Assembly: GCF_009914755.1 (NCBI RefSeq) | Contig: NC_060942.1 | Length of the DNA stretch: 64,000 nt | Origin: the human T2T-CHM13v2.0 reference genome, Homo sapiens | Direction: 5' to 3' (one strand) | Shown: in pieces, positions 52,347 to 64,000 of the stretch | How the letters are laid out: every line of letters begins with the position of its first letter | How positions within the stretch are numbered: position 1 is the first letter of the stretch | Notes under the pieces: generated by a model | What the model was told of the DNA's origin: nothing | The model's database searches: none | What the model saw: the letters and a program-made list of their open reading frames with translations, nothing else | Made by a program: the position numbers and the translations under genes

Positions 52347-53747
52347 AGTGGCTTCTGGAAATGAACTTCATAATTGCTGCATATTGCGTATAAACAGCTG
52401 GATTCCCTCTTTCAATTTCACTCTGAAACAATGAAGGCCCAAGAAAATGGCCCTGTATTTGAATCATTGACATGCTAAAGACCATTATCCTAGGAGTGAA
52501 GCATCATGGCGTAGGGAAACTTGAAGAAATGATAAAGTCAAATTCCGAGGCTCTCTATATGTAGATGAATGTAAAATGCATGTGTGATTCCACATACACA
52601 GAATCAGAATATTTGAACAGCAGAAAGAGTCCCTCCTTTCAGAGACTCATTAATCTCACTACTGTTTTACAGGGCATGAAACAGAAACCCAGAGATTGAG
52701 AGTTTTCTGTGCAAGGCCACACAGCAAAGCAGGTGCAGAACGGGATCTACAGAACATTTTGGTGCTGGAGCTACTCCTCCAGTCTGAAATTCAGAAGCTA
52801 GGCTTGAGTTCTGGCTCTGCTATAAATCAGCTGTGTTGCCTCTAAGTGTCATTTAATCTGGGGATGTCTACCATCTATAAATTAAGGAAGTTGACCAGAA
52901 AAGTTATTGGAGCATATACTCACCACTATTGTTTTTCTGTATTAATAGTGGCCGCTCAGAAACCATGATTAGTGGTTGTCTCTACCTCAAATATCTGCCA
53001 AACTGGCCTTCTGTGGGCTTCTAAGATCCCACACTGTATTCCCCTGTAAGGAAACACATTGAATGTGATTGTTAAAATCAAAACGCTATGAGGAAGATGA
53101 GATATACATGGCTGTTAACGTCCTAGTACAGAGTAGTTGATCAAGTTAGTTGTATAGTTCAGTGTTGAGGCACCTATGGGTAAGAATGAAAAAATAAGTT
53201 TCTCTTAGAGAAGATTGTTTGAAGGGGCAAATGTTAGGGTTTGTGGGGAACCCAGCTTAACAGTAGGACTTCACCTGCTTGAGAGAATACGAGGAGAAGT
53301 GTATGGAGGGAGAAGCAAAAGGAGATGAGGAAACCCATTTCATAGAATAAGGTTTTTTCTGTGTCTTTCCATTCACTTATGTAGCTACCTCTCTTTGTGA
53401 GAAAGCCTCAAAATACTCCCAATGAAATTTATACAGAGAGTAACAATGCTGCTAAAATAATAATTAAAAAACAATCAGAGCAATTGACCACACACGGCTC
53501 TTAATAGAGAACTATTTATCTGTCCTCCCTTGGCTGACACTGGTGACATTTCTGTTCTGCATGTAAAATCTCAGAGGCCAGCCTAGGTGCTTTTCTGAGC
53601 TGAACAGCCTTCCCTATCCCTCTGTTGTGTTTAGGTTTGGTCTTCCACAAAATGAGCCTGCTGTAAAATATAGCATGTAACAAAGACAGGGTTTCATCCT
53701 CTTCCTTGGAACTATACTTTCTTTCCAGGAAGAAACTGCTTTCTAAA

Positions 53748-54048
53748 AGTTTGTGTTTGTTTGTTTGTTTGTTTAAAAGAGAGACGTTCTTGCTCTGTCA
53801 CCCAGGCTGCTGAAGTGCAGTGGTGTGATCATGAATCACTGCAGCCTTGAACTCCTGGGCTCAAGCAATCCTCCCAGCTCAGCCTACTGAGTAGGTGGGA
53901 TTATAGGCATGTACCACCATGTCCAGCTAATTTTTTGGACAAGGTCTCACTATGTTCCCCAGGTTGGTCTTAAACTCATAGCCTTAAGCCATCCTTCCAT
54001 CTTGGCTTCCCAAAGTGCTAGAAATATAGGCATGAGCCACCACACCTA
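53748..54048 (-). mobile_element. AluJ with (GTTT)n tail
   Basis: cactgcagccttgaactcctgggctcaagcaatcctcc. Confidence 0.9.
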
Positions 54049-54756
54049 ATCTAGAAGTCTTGAAGAGAGGAATATGCAATGCAGCATGTCGACCCCTCTG
54101 GGGGTCTCCGTCCCCCCATTGTGGAGCACAGAGTGTACTTATTTTAAGAAACAACAATAAAATACAATAAGAAAAACAAACCTACAAATGAACAAAAAAC
54201 TCTTCTCTAACTCTAAGGGCCACAACTGGGGCTACGAAAGCCTGTCATGGACTCTTCTCTCTCTCTTCAGTTGGCAGCAAACCTCTGGTAATTTGTAGAC
54301 ACTTAGGTGTAGCCTGGTCCATCTTTGCTCCCCTTACAAATTTTACCTAATTGCTTGTACACAGAGAGGCCCTTTCTACATCTTTACTTGCTGTAGGTCT
54401 TGTCTCCTGTTTTTTTTTCATGACTTCTTATCTATTTCTTTCTGTCCCTGTCACTGATATATTTTTACCATTTAACTCTCTCCTAAAAAACAAAACAAAA
54501 CAAACACAGCTCTCACTTGGTGTGAATGCTCACTTTTGCTTCCAGATTCCACCCTCCTCCATCTCTTTCTTGAATCCTGTCATCCCCCAAACACATTCTT
54601 CTCTGAAGAGAGCAACTGGGTCCTTCATATGTTGAGTTTCTTTCAAAGGACCCTGCAATCAATAGCTATTTGTTGATTTTTTAAAATTTTGACATTCCTT
54701 AGAATTTTGATATGCAAGCTTTATACTAATCATTCAAATTTTTACATTTATTTAAA

Positions 54757-55025
54757 TTTTTTTTTTTTATTTTGAGACTGAGTCTCGCTCTGTCACCCGG
54801 GCTGCAAGCTCTACCTCCCGGGTTCATACCATTCTCCTGCCTCAGCTCCCCGAGTAGCTGGGACTATAGGTGCCCACCACCACGCCCAGCTAATTTTTTG
54901 TATTTTTAGTAGAGATGGGGTTTCACCGTGTTAGCCAGGATGGTCTCAATCTCTTTGACCTTGTGATCTGCCTGCCTCGGCCTCCAAAGTGCTGGGATTA
55001 CAGGCGTGAGCCACCGTGCCCGGCC
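54757..55025 (-). mobile_element. AluY with a 29 bp internal deletion
   Basis: ccgtgttagccaggatggtctc diagnostics; gggctg|caagctc junction at 54804. Confidence 0.92.
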
Positions 55026-55599
55026 CATTAATCAATTTTTAATTGAGTATCTATGTGTTAAACATTTTCCTAAACAATACATAATTTCCTCAAAAGTCAT
55101 TGATTCAGGAATAAAGATAAATTAAACTAAAAACTAAACATATAAATAAGACGGAATATTTTGCTAACAATGGGAGTTTGAATTTTTACCACTGTAATCT
55201 GAGACCCCAGGATTTTTATCTCTGTTCACATGTGGAAAAAGCTAGAGGAACATTTCTGGTTTGTTGTGAGAGAAAAGAAGGAGTTTTGGAGATGTTAAAA
55301 TAAGTTTCTCCAGCCTTCACTTCCAAGGGTATGCTAAGGAACGGTAAGATCTATGGATATAGAGCCTCTGGCTAAAACTGTTTCGTACAGTTCATTTTAG
55401 GAAAATAAACTTGCCTCTGTCCAGAGACAAGTGAGAAGATGCTGGATGGGGATAATGATGGAGAGAAGTAGTGTTGCAGGACAGAACTTTTCATGACAGA
55501 ACTCTCTATTTCCATGTCTTACGTAATCCTTATTCACTTACCTGGGGCTGTCATTCCTGCCTCTGTGCCCTCAAGAGCAAAGGCAGCCAGCACAGTGAC

Positions 55600-55770
55600 A
55601 TTTTAATAATAATACTTTGTACTTATACAGCACCTGTCAGCCAATGATCTCAAAGTACTTTCCCTGAGATTAACTCATTAATCCTCACAAGGTTAAGTGA
55701 CTTCCCCAAGGTCACAGAAAAGTGAATGTCAGGGGCAGGCGAGAGCTGTGAGTTTCCTGGCTCTCATCAA
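55600..55770 (-). mobile_element. MIR-family (MIR1_Amn-like) remnant with an internal deletion
   Basis: agcacct..gatctcaaagtacttt..ttaatcctcacaa|ggttaagtgacttccccaaggtcaca. Confidence 0.55.
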
Positions 55771-56203
55771 ACTCTCAAGGTTGTCTACCTGCCTGCCTAC
55801 CACAAGGCCACTTCCGACATAACCCAGACTCACAAAGCCACCATGAGTTTGTAAATCCACACTTCTGTGTTCCATGTAAATCCTTTTGCTTCATCAGTCT
55901 AGTGGTCAGACATCTCTGTTTAGAAAGTACCCAATCCACAGCTGGAAACATAAGTTTCTGGGAGGGGCAGGGATGGCTGAAATATACCACCTTATAGAAT
56001 GTACAACCTTGCTCACTTTGCACAAACCAGTCCGAACGCGTGATGCTGGGTTTTCCTGTTGAGGATGTCTGAGAAGTTAGACCCCATGCCTTCCTCAGTT
56101 GTCCTCCCCTGACCCAATCCCCACTTCTGGTCAGGGATATCTGGCCTTTTCCAACCATAAGTTTTACCTACTTTTATTTATGCATTTTTTTCTCTCTAGT
56201 TAA

Positions 56204-56530
<327 letters not shown>

Positions 56531-58404
56531 TAACTTCATATTAAATAGTGATTTGTCATCCAGCAGTCAGCGACTTCTCAGAAAGAGGCTCTAAGACTAC
56601 ATGGCCTCAAGGAATCTGCATGTGTTGGGGGAAGATGGATTCAGGTCTGAACTGATCATGGGAATGAAGGCAGATTGTAAACAGAACTTGGGGTAGGACA
56701 CGGCTATTTGCCATTTTATCAAAAGGAGGCCTGCAGATCAATTATACTAATTTTATCTGGAGTTTACAGCTCGCTCCCTTTTCACGAGCTGCTAATCTGC
56801 TTATTTCTCTCCATTCCCTCTCTGAACAGAAAATGAGGGTAATATCTTAAGGAAAGCAACTGGATGTTGCCCACACCTCTGCTCTATTTTCTCTGAGTTC
56901 TTACATTAGAGAGGCAACAAGAAGTGAAATGCCTAGGCTGCATATGTGCTGGGCTCAGTTCACCCCTATCTACACACTCCTCTGTCACAAGTTTAAACAA
57001 AGAAGCAGTTGACCACCATTTGCCAAGATGGTAGCTATGGCTACCCCAGGATAAGGAAGGCTTGAATGAAGGATCAAGACAGCATTTAGATGTGGTGGCA
57101 GTGAAGGGCTTTGGTGTTGATGGAAGGGTCCCACCTGATTCCATGGTGAAGGCAGAGTTCATGTTTCTGTCGCTGCAGGGGTTTGAAAGGAACCTGAAAT
57201 CCAATCTGGTTGTTGAAGGCTTGGGGTCTTCAAACAATGCCAGCAAGCAATGCATTATAGTATTGTATTGAAGAAGTGTCTCATGGCCACAGGGAAGAAC
57301 CCTACTTTTCATTTCCTGTAACCCCTGTCCTCACATCTTCTCATATAGGATTGGCAGGTAGGTGGAGCACTGTAAATGTCTAATTAACTGCCCTGTTACT
57401 TTAAAGGAGAAGGTCTAGAAACAATGCACCCCGCAACAAAAACTGTCTAACTCATTATGGACACAAAACATGAACTTCAGGCAGTCCTTAGGCCGGTGGA
57501 AGAGAGATTGAAGAGGCTAGTGAAACCAGGAAGCCCATATCAGATCTCAGGATGCACCATGCAGACATTTTCTCTCCTCTTCTCCCACTAAGACTGCAGC
57601 TTCCATTGAGGCCACGAAGCTGTCACCGAAGTGTACAACTGCCTCATTACCAGAGAGAGGAGCTGCACACTGGGAACCTCATTGGCCCCCTGGGGCATAG
57701 AGACCCAGGATCACAGCATGGCAATGCACCCCCTGCTGGCTTTTATTGTATGCTAATGTAATGGGCCATCAGTCTGAAGGCTGTCTGAGCATAGAAACAG
57801 GATTTCTTTTTGTCTAGTTGGAACAGTCATTTGAAATTCTAGCAAGCAGAAATGAGTGTGAGTGTTACAGGAAGGAAGGAAGGAGGAAGACATAAAGTAG
57901 AAAGGGAAGATGAATGAAAATGGGTGAAATAAAAGATTTTATGAGGGAAAATGAGAGAAATTCAGAGAGCTTTCTGCTTTAATGAAGTGTAACTTAAACA
58001 AAAATGCGGGGTAACGGACCAGCGTATACTTCTCATTGCAGAACACCAAAAAATAGCCACGAGGCCAAGGTTGCACACAGCAGGGAAGCCCAAGGTCATC
58101 CAGCTTCTAAAGAATGAGAAATCCAGCACTGGCACATCTCCTGAGTGTGTTTCCTTGGGGAAGAGTTGCCACTTACTGTGCTCTTTTCCTTCTTTACAGA
58201 AATGACATAATTCTCCTAATGTAATGCAAAAGGTTTCCATGCTGCCTTTGAAATGCCTTTCTCTCACACAGGCATCTATTTCCTGGAGTGACTTTGCAGA
58301 CACTATTATCAAGTAGGTGGAAAGAAAGGAAATAGGAAGAGAGGGAAAAGGAGAAGGAGGAAGGAAAAAAGGTTAGAAAAAAGGGAAGAAAGTGAGGAAG
58401 AAAG

Positions 58405-59187
58405 TGTCCACGAAAAGAGTCAAACTAAAATATTTGAAGAGTTTTATTCTGAGCCAAATATGAGTGACCATGGCCCATGACACAGCACTCAGGAGGCCCT
58501 GAGAACATGTGCCCAAGATGGTCAGGGTAGAGCTTGGTTTTATATATTTTACAGAGGCATGAGACATGCCTCCTAAATACATTTAATAAATAACACTGAT
58601 TTTTTTCAGAAAGGTGGGACAACTCAAAGGAGGTAGGGAGAGCTTCCAGGCTATAGGTAAATTTAAACATTTTCTGATTGACAATTGGTCGAGTTTGTCT
58701 AAAGACCTGGGATGGAGAGAAAGGAAATGTTCAGGCTAAGATAAAAGACTGTGGAGACCCAGGTTCTTTTGAAATCTTATAGTGGCTGCTCTTAGAGATA
58801 ATAGATAACAAGTGTTTCTGATTCAGACCTTTAAAATGTGCTAGACTCTTACTTAATCTCTTCAGGATTGGGAGGGCCTGGAAGAAAAAACTAGCTATGT
58901 TAAGAGATTCTTTACAGATGTACATGCCCCTCCCCACAAAGGACAGCTTTGCAGGACCATTTCAAAATATGGCAAAGAAACATGCTTTTGGGGTAAAATA
59001 ATTTGACTTTCTTCTTTGTCACATAATGTTATGCCAGAGTCAGACTGGAAAGTAAGTGATGATATATAGGGTTAAACAAAACCCATCTGATGAGAATTTA
59101 TGGTTTGTAGGGCGTGACTCCAAAGACCCCTTACATAGGAATTTGGGCAAGATTAAAAAAAAAAAAAAAATCAGAGCTTAGTCCTCA
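58405..59187 (-). mobile_element. MER4 family (MER4E-like) ERV1 solo LTR
   Basis: Reverse strand begins tgaggactaagctctgatttt..cttgcccaaattcctat; ttttattctgagccaaatatgagtgacc; 4 bp TSD aaag. Confidence 0.9.
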
Positions 59188-59768
59188 AAAGGGAGGAGGA
59201 AAGCGTTCAGCCTAACTAATTGTGAACCACATGCTAGATGTGGTGCCCATTTTACTTGTGGCAATTTTACTTAGACTTCTACCTCATGCTCAGATTGTTC
59301 CCAAGCAGGGCCCTACAGAGAGAGTTACATAAACTCACCCAGGGAAGAAGCTCTACAGCCTCAGTTCATCATTTCTTTCTCTCTGGTCTTCCCCAAGCTT
59401 CCAGTCTGTGAGGTGCACAGCCGGGTGCACCTGTACCCCAATCATTAGGATCCTTTTCCTCTTTCAGCTGAGTATGGGACCATTAAAACAGAAAGCAAGG
59501 CTGCATGACCTCCTGCTTTTGCATATTTCATATGTGACATGTTGCAGACTTGAGCACATATCAGGTTTTCAATACACATCTGGATTAGTCATTTCCTTTG
59601 ATAATACAAATTTTTTAACAAATAAAATTATTCCAAGGAATATGTAAGTTTTAGACGTATCAAAAAGTGTCCCATGGCATCCTCTTTGTTGTGATAGAAA
59701 AGTATACAGCACCATTGGGTCTTTTTCCATGCTGACACTCCTCTCTGTGATGTATTGAAGCCATTTGG

Positions 59769-60684
59769 TATTAACAAACTAAATTGAAAAACTAGTGAGT
59801 CTGCCTTTCCGGGCCCAATCCAGCATGCTGTCCATGTGAGGCTTAAATGGAAAAATACTGTAAAAAGACTTATTTTAATTTGATGTCAGGAACAGAGCCA
59901 AAAGATGGCCTGGCACAGCACAGCAGGCAGGAGGAGCTATCATCAGGACTCCTTCTCTCTTGATCAAAAACTCAAGCACATTCTTTGACTTTATGTTGTC
60001 ATTTGCTGTATTAAAGATTCAATTCTTTTTAAGCACTCACCGGGACCATCCTCCATGGGGCATGGTTACAGGAAGGCAGTATTTAAAGGAGTTAGTGAGG
60101 CTGATTGAGAACAGCTCTGGGGCCTACGTTCTGCCACCAGTTTGGCTATATGATAGTGGACGAATATCAGACTGTCACCCCTTGTCTGTGCCTTGGTTTC
60201 TGTCTGTGAAGCAAGGAGTTGAACTAGGTGAAATCTAGTAACTTCCAGCCTTCACCTCCCTGCTTAATCTACTAGCTCCACACCAAAAATTCAGCAGAAA
60301 CTTCAAACCCTGAATACTTCTATGTGCTTCCTACATTAGCACCCATGGTTCCTCTGACTTTCTTAAAGATACCTGGTCTTACACAAGATTTTAATCCTAA
60401 TGTCCAACAAGGTCAAAAAGATTTAGCTTCTGAAATGAAAAGATTAATGTTTCCATGGATGGGAGAGAAACCAGAGGGAAATTGTTGCTGGAACGTGAGA
60501 ATTCTATCTTGTAGGGTTTTTTTTTTTCCCCACAGCAAATAAGGTTTATGGATTGCAATGAGGAGTCTGTCGCATTAAAATAAGTCTTTTTACAGTATTT
60601 TCCCATTTAAGCCTCACATGGACAGCATGCTGGATTGGGCCCGGAAAGGCAGACTCACTAGTTTTTCAATTTAGTTTGTTAATA
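59769..60684. repeat. 111 bp inverted repeat pair (59769-59879 and 60574-60684), 694 bp spacer
   Basis: Manual reverse-complement alignment gives 110/111 identity. Confidence 0.97.
60100..60255 (+). mobile_element. MIR/MIR3 fragment inside the inverted-repeat spacer
   Basis: gttctgccacca.tttggctatatga..tctgtgccttggtttctgtctgtgaa..ggagttgaactaggtga. Confidence 0.6.
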
Positions 60685-61049
60685 GCCTGCCTTTCATAAA
60701 AGCATCAGGCACAATCACACCAATCCCTAAATCAATAGGATGATGCAGCAATGCCTCACAGGAATGATATTTTTGAAATAAATATATACCATTCAGCCAG
60801 GCCCGTTTGACATCAAATTTATATACTCAATAAGAAAGCACAATTAATGGTCCCGAACTGTGTTTTCCTTCACCTATTTCACATTTCAAGAAGCACAGGA
60901 TTTCTTAAGAAAAAAAATAATAAGGAAAGAAAAAGAGAAAAAAACATTCCATTCATAAATGGGATGAAAAAGCAATGCTAGCTTGTTGGTGCCTCCCCAG
61001 AACCTGTTTATCTTGCCTCCAACCTCATTTCTCTCTTCATCCTGGTCTT

Positions 61050-61320
61050 TGCTCTGATGTTACTCTTTACAGAGGAATTCCCTGACATTCCATGCAAAAC
61101 AGCACCCCATTTCCTCCATGTCCATTTGCCCTGTTCCTCATAGCACTGCATTATATTATCTTTGTTTATGTCACCTCCTTCTCAACAAATATAAGCTCCA
61201 TGGGAATAGGGTCTGTGCTATTTTGTTCAACACTATATCCCCAACACCCAGAAAAGTGTCTAATTTCTGAGAAGTGTCCAAAATAATTTCTTGAAAGGAT
61301 GAGTGAACTGATAAATGAAT
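61050..61320 (+). mobile_element. L2 3' end
   Basis: tataagctccatgggaatagggtctgtg..ttttgttcaac.ctatatccccaacacccagaa. Confidence 0.75.
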
Positions 61321-61478
61321 ATCTACTCCACTTCCTCTTCAAGATATATTGATCATGAAGCTGTGTGATCACGTTCATATAATAAAAAAGTAATAGAGGA
61401 CATACATGTCTTCTACTTACTCACTAAATCAATCATTCAATCAATCAGTAAATACTTAGTTTTAAAAATGTGTCCCCC

Positions 61479-61483
<5 letters not shown>

Positions 61484-61550
<67 letters not shown>

Positions 61551-61557
61551 GAGACAG
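61484..61557. repeat. (TG)n(GA)n compound microsatellite
   Basis: About 16 TG units followed directly by a GA run. Confidence 0.95.
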
Positions 61558-63029
61558 AAAGAGCATGATCAAGGGTATATTGGAAGAGTACTCCATGTTA
61601 CTATAAATAATGTAAGATAAAAATAAAACTATGGTAATCGGGGAATATTACCAGGCTAACCTCTACCCTTCCTGTGTCTCCACCTGCTAGGGCAAATTTA
61701 TTGTTGCCTTTATAGGTTTTCTATTTTTCTACCTTCTAACTGAGTCGTCCATCTATGCCAGTCTAGTGTATAGTGAAAGCGAAGAAAATTTTTTTTAATG
61801 ATCCTATGAGTTATTAGTGGAAAACCCTATTACAGTCTTTGATAAATATATCTAAACACAGGAATTACATGTTAATTACTCTTGTTTGCTGAGTTGTGTT
61901 TCACTGAATCCAACACATGCTAAGGCTGGAACTTGTGGGACCACAGGTTATAGTTGGGTTTTGTTTGGTGACCTCCATATGTAGACTTTTCAAGGTGCAA
62001 ACTCCAAACTTTCCTTAGGTAGGATCCTTTCCCTAGACTAACACCTAGAGTGCATTTTTGCCATGAGTGCCTGGGTCCATTGCGCCTGTATCATCAAGAT
62101 GTTTGAGATGATCCAACAAAAGCCATCATTGTTGTTGAACTGCAACAACTAGGACACCTTGCAAAAAATTCTGACTGTAATGATGACAGAATTCCAAGTT
62201 TGGGGAAAAATAAAACATGATACAGGAATAAAAAGAATCAGACTTAAGTGATTTCAACCACCTGAGGAAGTAAAAAATTTCCCTTAGCAGTATTTAATCT
62301 GGATATTAGATATTTTGTTCTAACTTCTGCAGACATCAATTTTTTCAAGAAATTTGTCATTTGAGAGAAGGGAGGAGAGACCACTGTCAAGACTGATTAG
62401 ATCCATGAGGAGCTTGTTGGTGCAAGCACAGACCCTGGGGATGAAGCTCTGTCCTGAGACTAATGCCAACTTTGGAAATTTGAGTTCAGGCTATTTGATA
62501 AAAAATAAAGTACTTGAAGTATCTGATACTTCAAGCATTTCTGTTTTTATTAAGTTCTGGGCTGAAGGAGCCCATGTGCCTTTTCCATGTACCACCAAGA
62601 AGTTACTGTGTTCGTAACTAAAAGAAAAGGACGGTTTATCATGTTTAGAGCATGCCACTGAAACAGTAGCAGAATAAACAGCTCTGGAGGAAGAAAATTG
62701 ATGGCATCTAGGAGAGAATTTAAAGGGCCAATATCTATCTACTTTGTTGATAGGGCATTCTGCCAAATTGTGGAGTGGAAAGGATGTATACGTGATGGTA
62801 CCTTCATTCCAGAGAAGATAAACTATATGCAAACAAGTGCACTGTAAGTCAATGTGAAACATTTGCAACCTGGGCTGGGGTTGTTTGGTCAAGCAGGCTA
62901 CAGAAAAGGATGCAACTGAGCCAGACTTTTAAATGTGCCATTGTCACAGGTCTTTATGGACAGAAACCACATAGGTAGAATAATGCTGATTCTCCTAGGC
63001 ACTGGGTTCACCATGGAGCATCAGTCTAA

Positions 63030-63490
63030 TTATTTAATAATTAGTAGAGGCACTGTACTAAACGATGTAGAGTAATTATTTAATTTTACCAATTTCCCTA
63101 TAGCATTATTACTGCTTTTTTACAGATAAGGAAACTGAAGTATAAGAAGGTTAATATCTTGCTTAGGGTCCCATAGGTGAAGGAGTCAAGGCCTAAACCT
63201 TAGTCTATGTGATGCCAAAACCAATGAATCCAAATTTCATTAATAATAAAAGCTACATCTAACTGAATATTTATAATGAGCCAGGTGATTGAGCACTGTG
63301 TAAGTACAGCTTATTAAATAGTTACAACGACACTGTCAGGAGAGCACAGCTATTTCCATTTTACATATAAAGAAACAGTAGCAAAGAGAGATCAAGCAAC
63401 TTGCCCAAGGTCACACAGCTAGCAAGTAGCAGGGCTGAGATTACCACCATGGTAGTGGATTCCACAGCCAGGCCCCTAAGCCCTCCACTC
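63030..63490 (-). mobile_element. Two tandem MIR elements (~63030-63230 and ~63245-63490)
   Basis: ttacagataaggaaactgaag..; ccattttacatataaagaaac..caacttgcccaaggtcacacagctagcaagt. Confidence 0.8.
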
Positions 63491-64000
63491 TAATGCCTCT
63501 CAAATGTCATATTCTGCAAAATGTTCTCCACACATCTACTGTCCATTCTACCCCGTGCTGTAGTTTTAAGGTGAAAACATAATGTGGACATTTAAACCCT
63601 GATTGTTTTTCACTTATCTGACTAGCTATTTTCACTTATGGCCAGAACCATACAGAGAATGGTCAGAGAGCTGAAAAAGGTCCCATGCATTCAAAAACTT
63701 CTTTACAGAACCCAGTCAAGGTGGCAAAATTCTAGTCTTTGAATTCAGATCTTTCTAAAGGAGAGAATGAAAGAAATGAGTTGATGGTGAGAAGACAGAC
63801 CTCTATCAGGGATAAAACCCGGAGTTGTAGTTAGCTTGAATGATTGTCCTTGAAGAAATGGGCCAGAGGACAGATTAGTTAGGATGGGTAAGGGGAAAGG
63901 AGGCACCTGAAGGGGCAAACATGAAGATGGCCACATAGGCTCTCTGCAGGCAGCCACCCGGGCTCCCAGGAGGAAAAGGGAATCTGCTCAAAGAGGAGAG

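Noticed and set aside
59769-60684. Inverted repeats as the TIRs of a DNA transposon
   Set aside because: No TSD around the pair, the spacer is ordinary DNA containing an old MIR, and 99% identity does not fit the age of primate DNA transposons

Overview
Primate (AluY-containing, most likely human or other catarrhine) AT-rich, repeat-dense intronic or intergenic DNA. I find no supportable protein-coding gene, RNA gene or CpG island. The longer ORFs are transposon remnants: HERV-L pol at 24384-24944, ERVL integrase at 12597-12824, THE1-int at 39672-40403, plus L1 and Alu frames. The window holds Alus (J/S/Y), old L1M and L1PA pieces, a full-length THE1 MaLR provirus, two ERVL remnants, several solo LTRs, MIR/L2/L3 relics and DNA-transposon MITEs. 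The notable signals are local rearrangement scars readable base by base: (1) a ~609 bp inversion (4717-5325) that splits an AluJ and an L1 and has a 12 bp inverted duplication at its ends; (2) a 111 bp, 110/111-identical inverted duplication of non-repeat-looking sequence (59769-59879 vs 60574-60684); (3) a 72 bp templated copy inserted in an Alu linker (35371-35442, from 34472-34543); (4) an L1PA 5'UTR/ORF1 fused in the same orientation to a HERV-L 3' half with its MLT2A LTR. Repeat subfamily names come from my recall of consensus sequences and boundaries of old elements are approximate. No database search was run.
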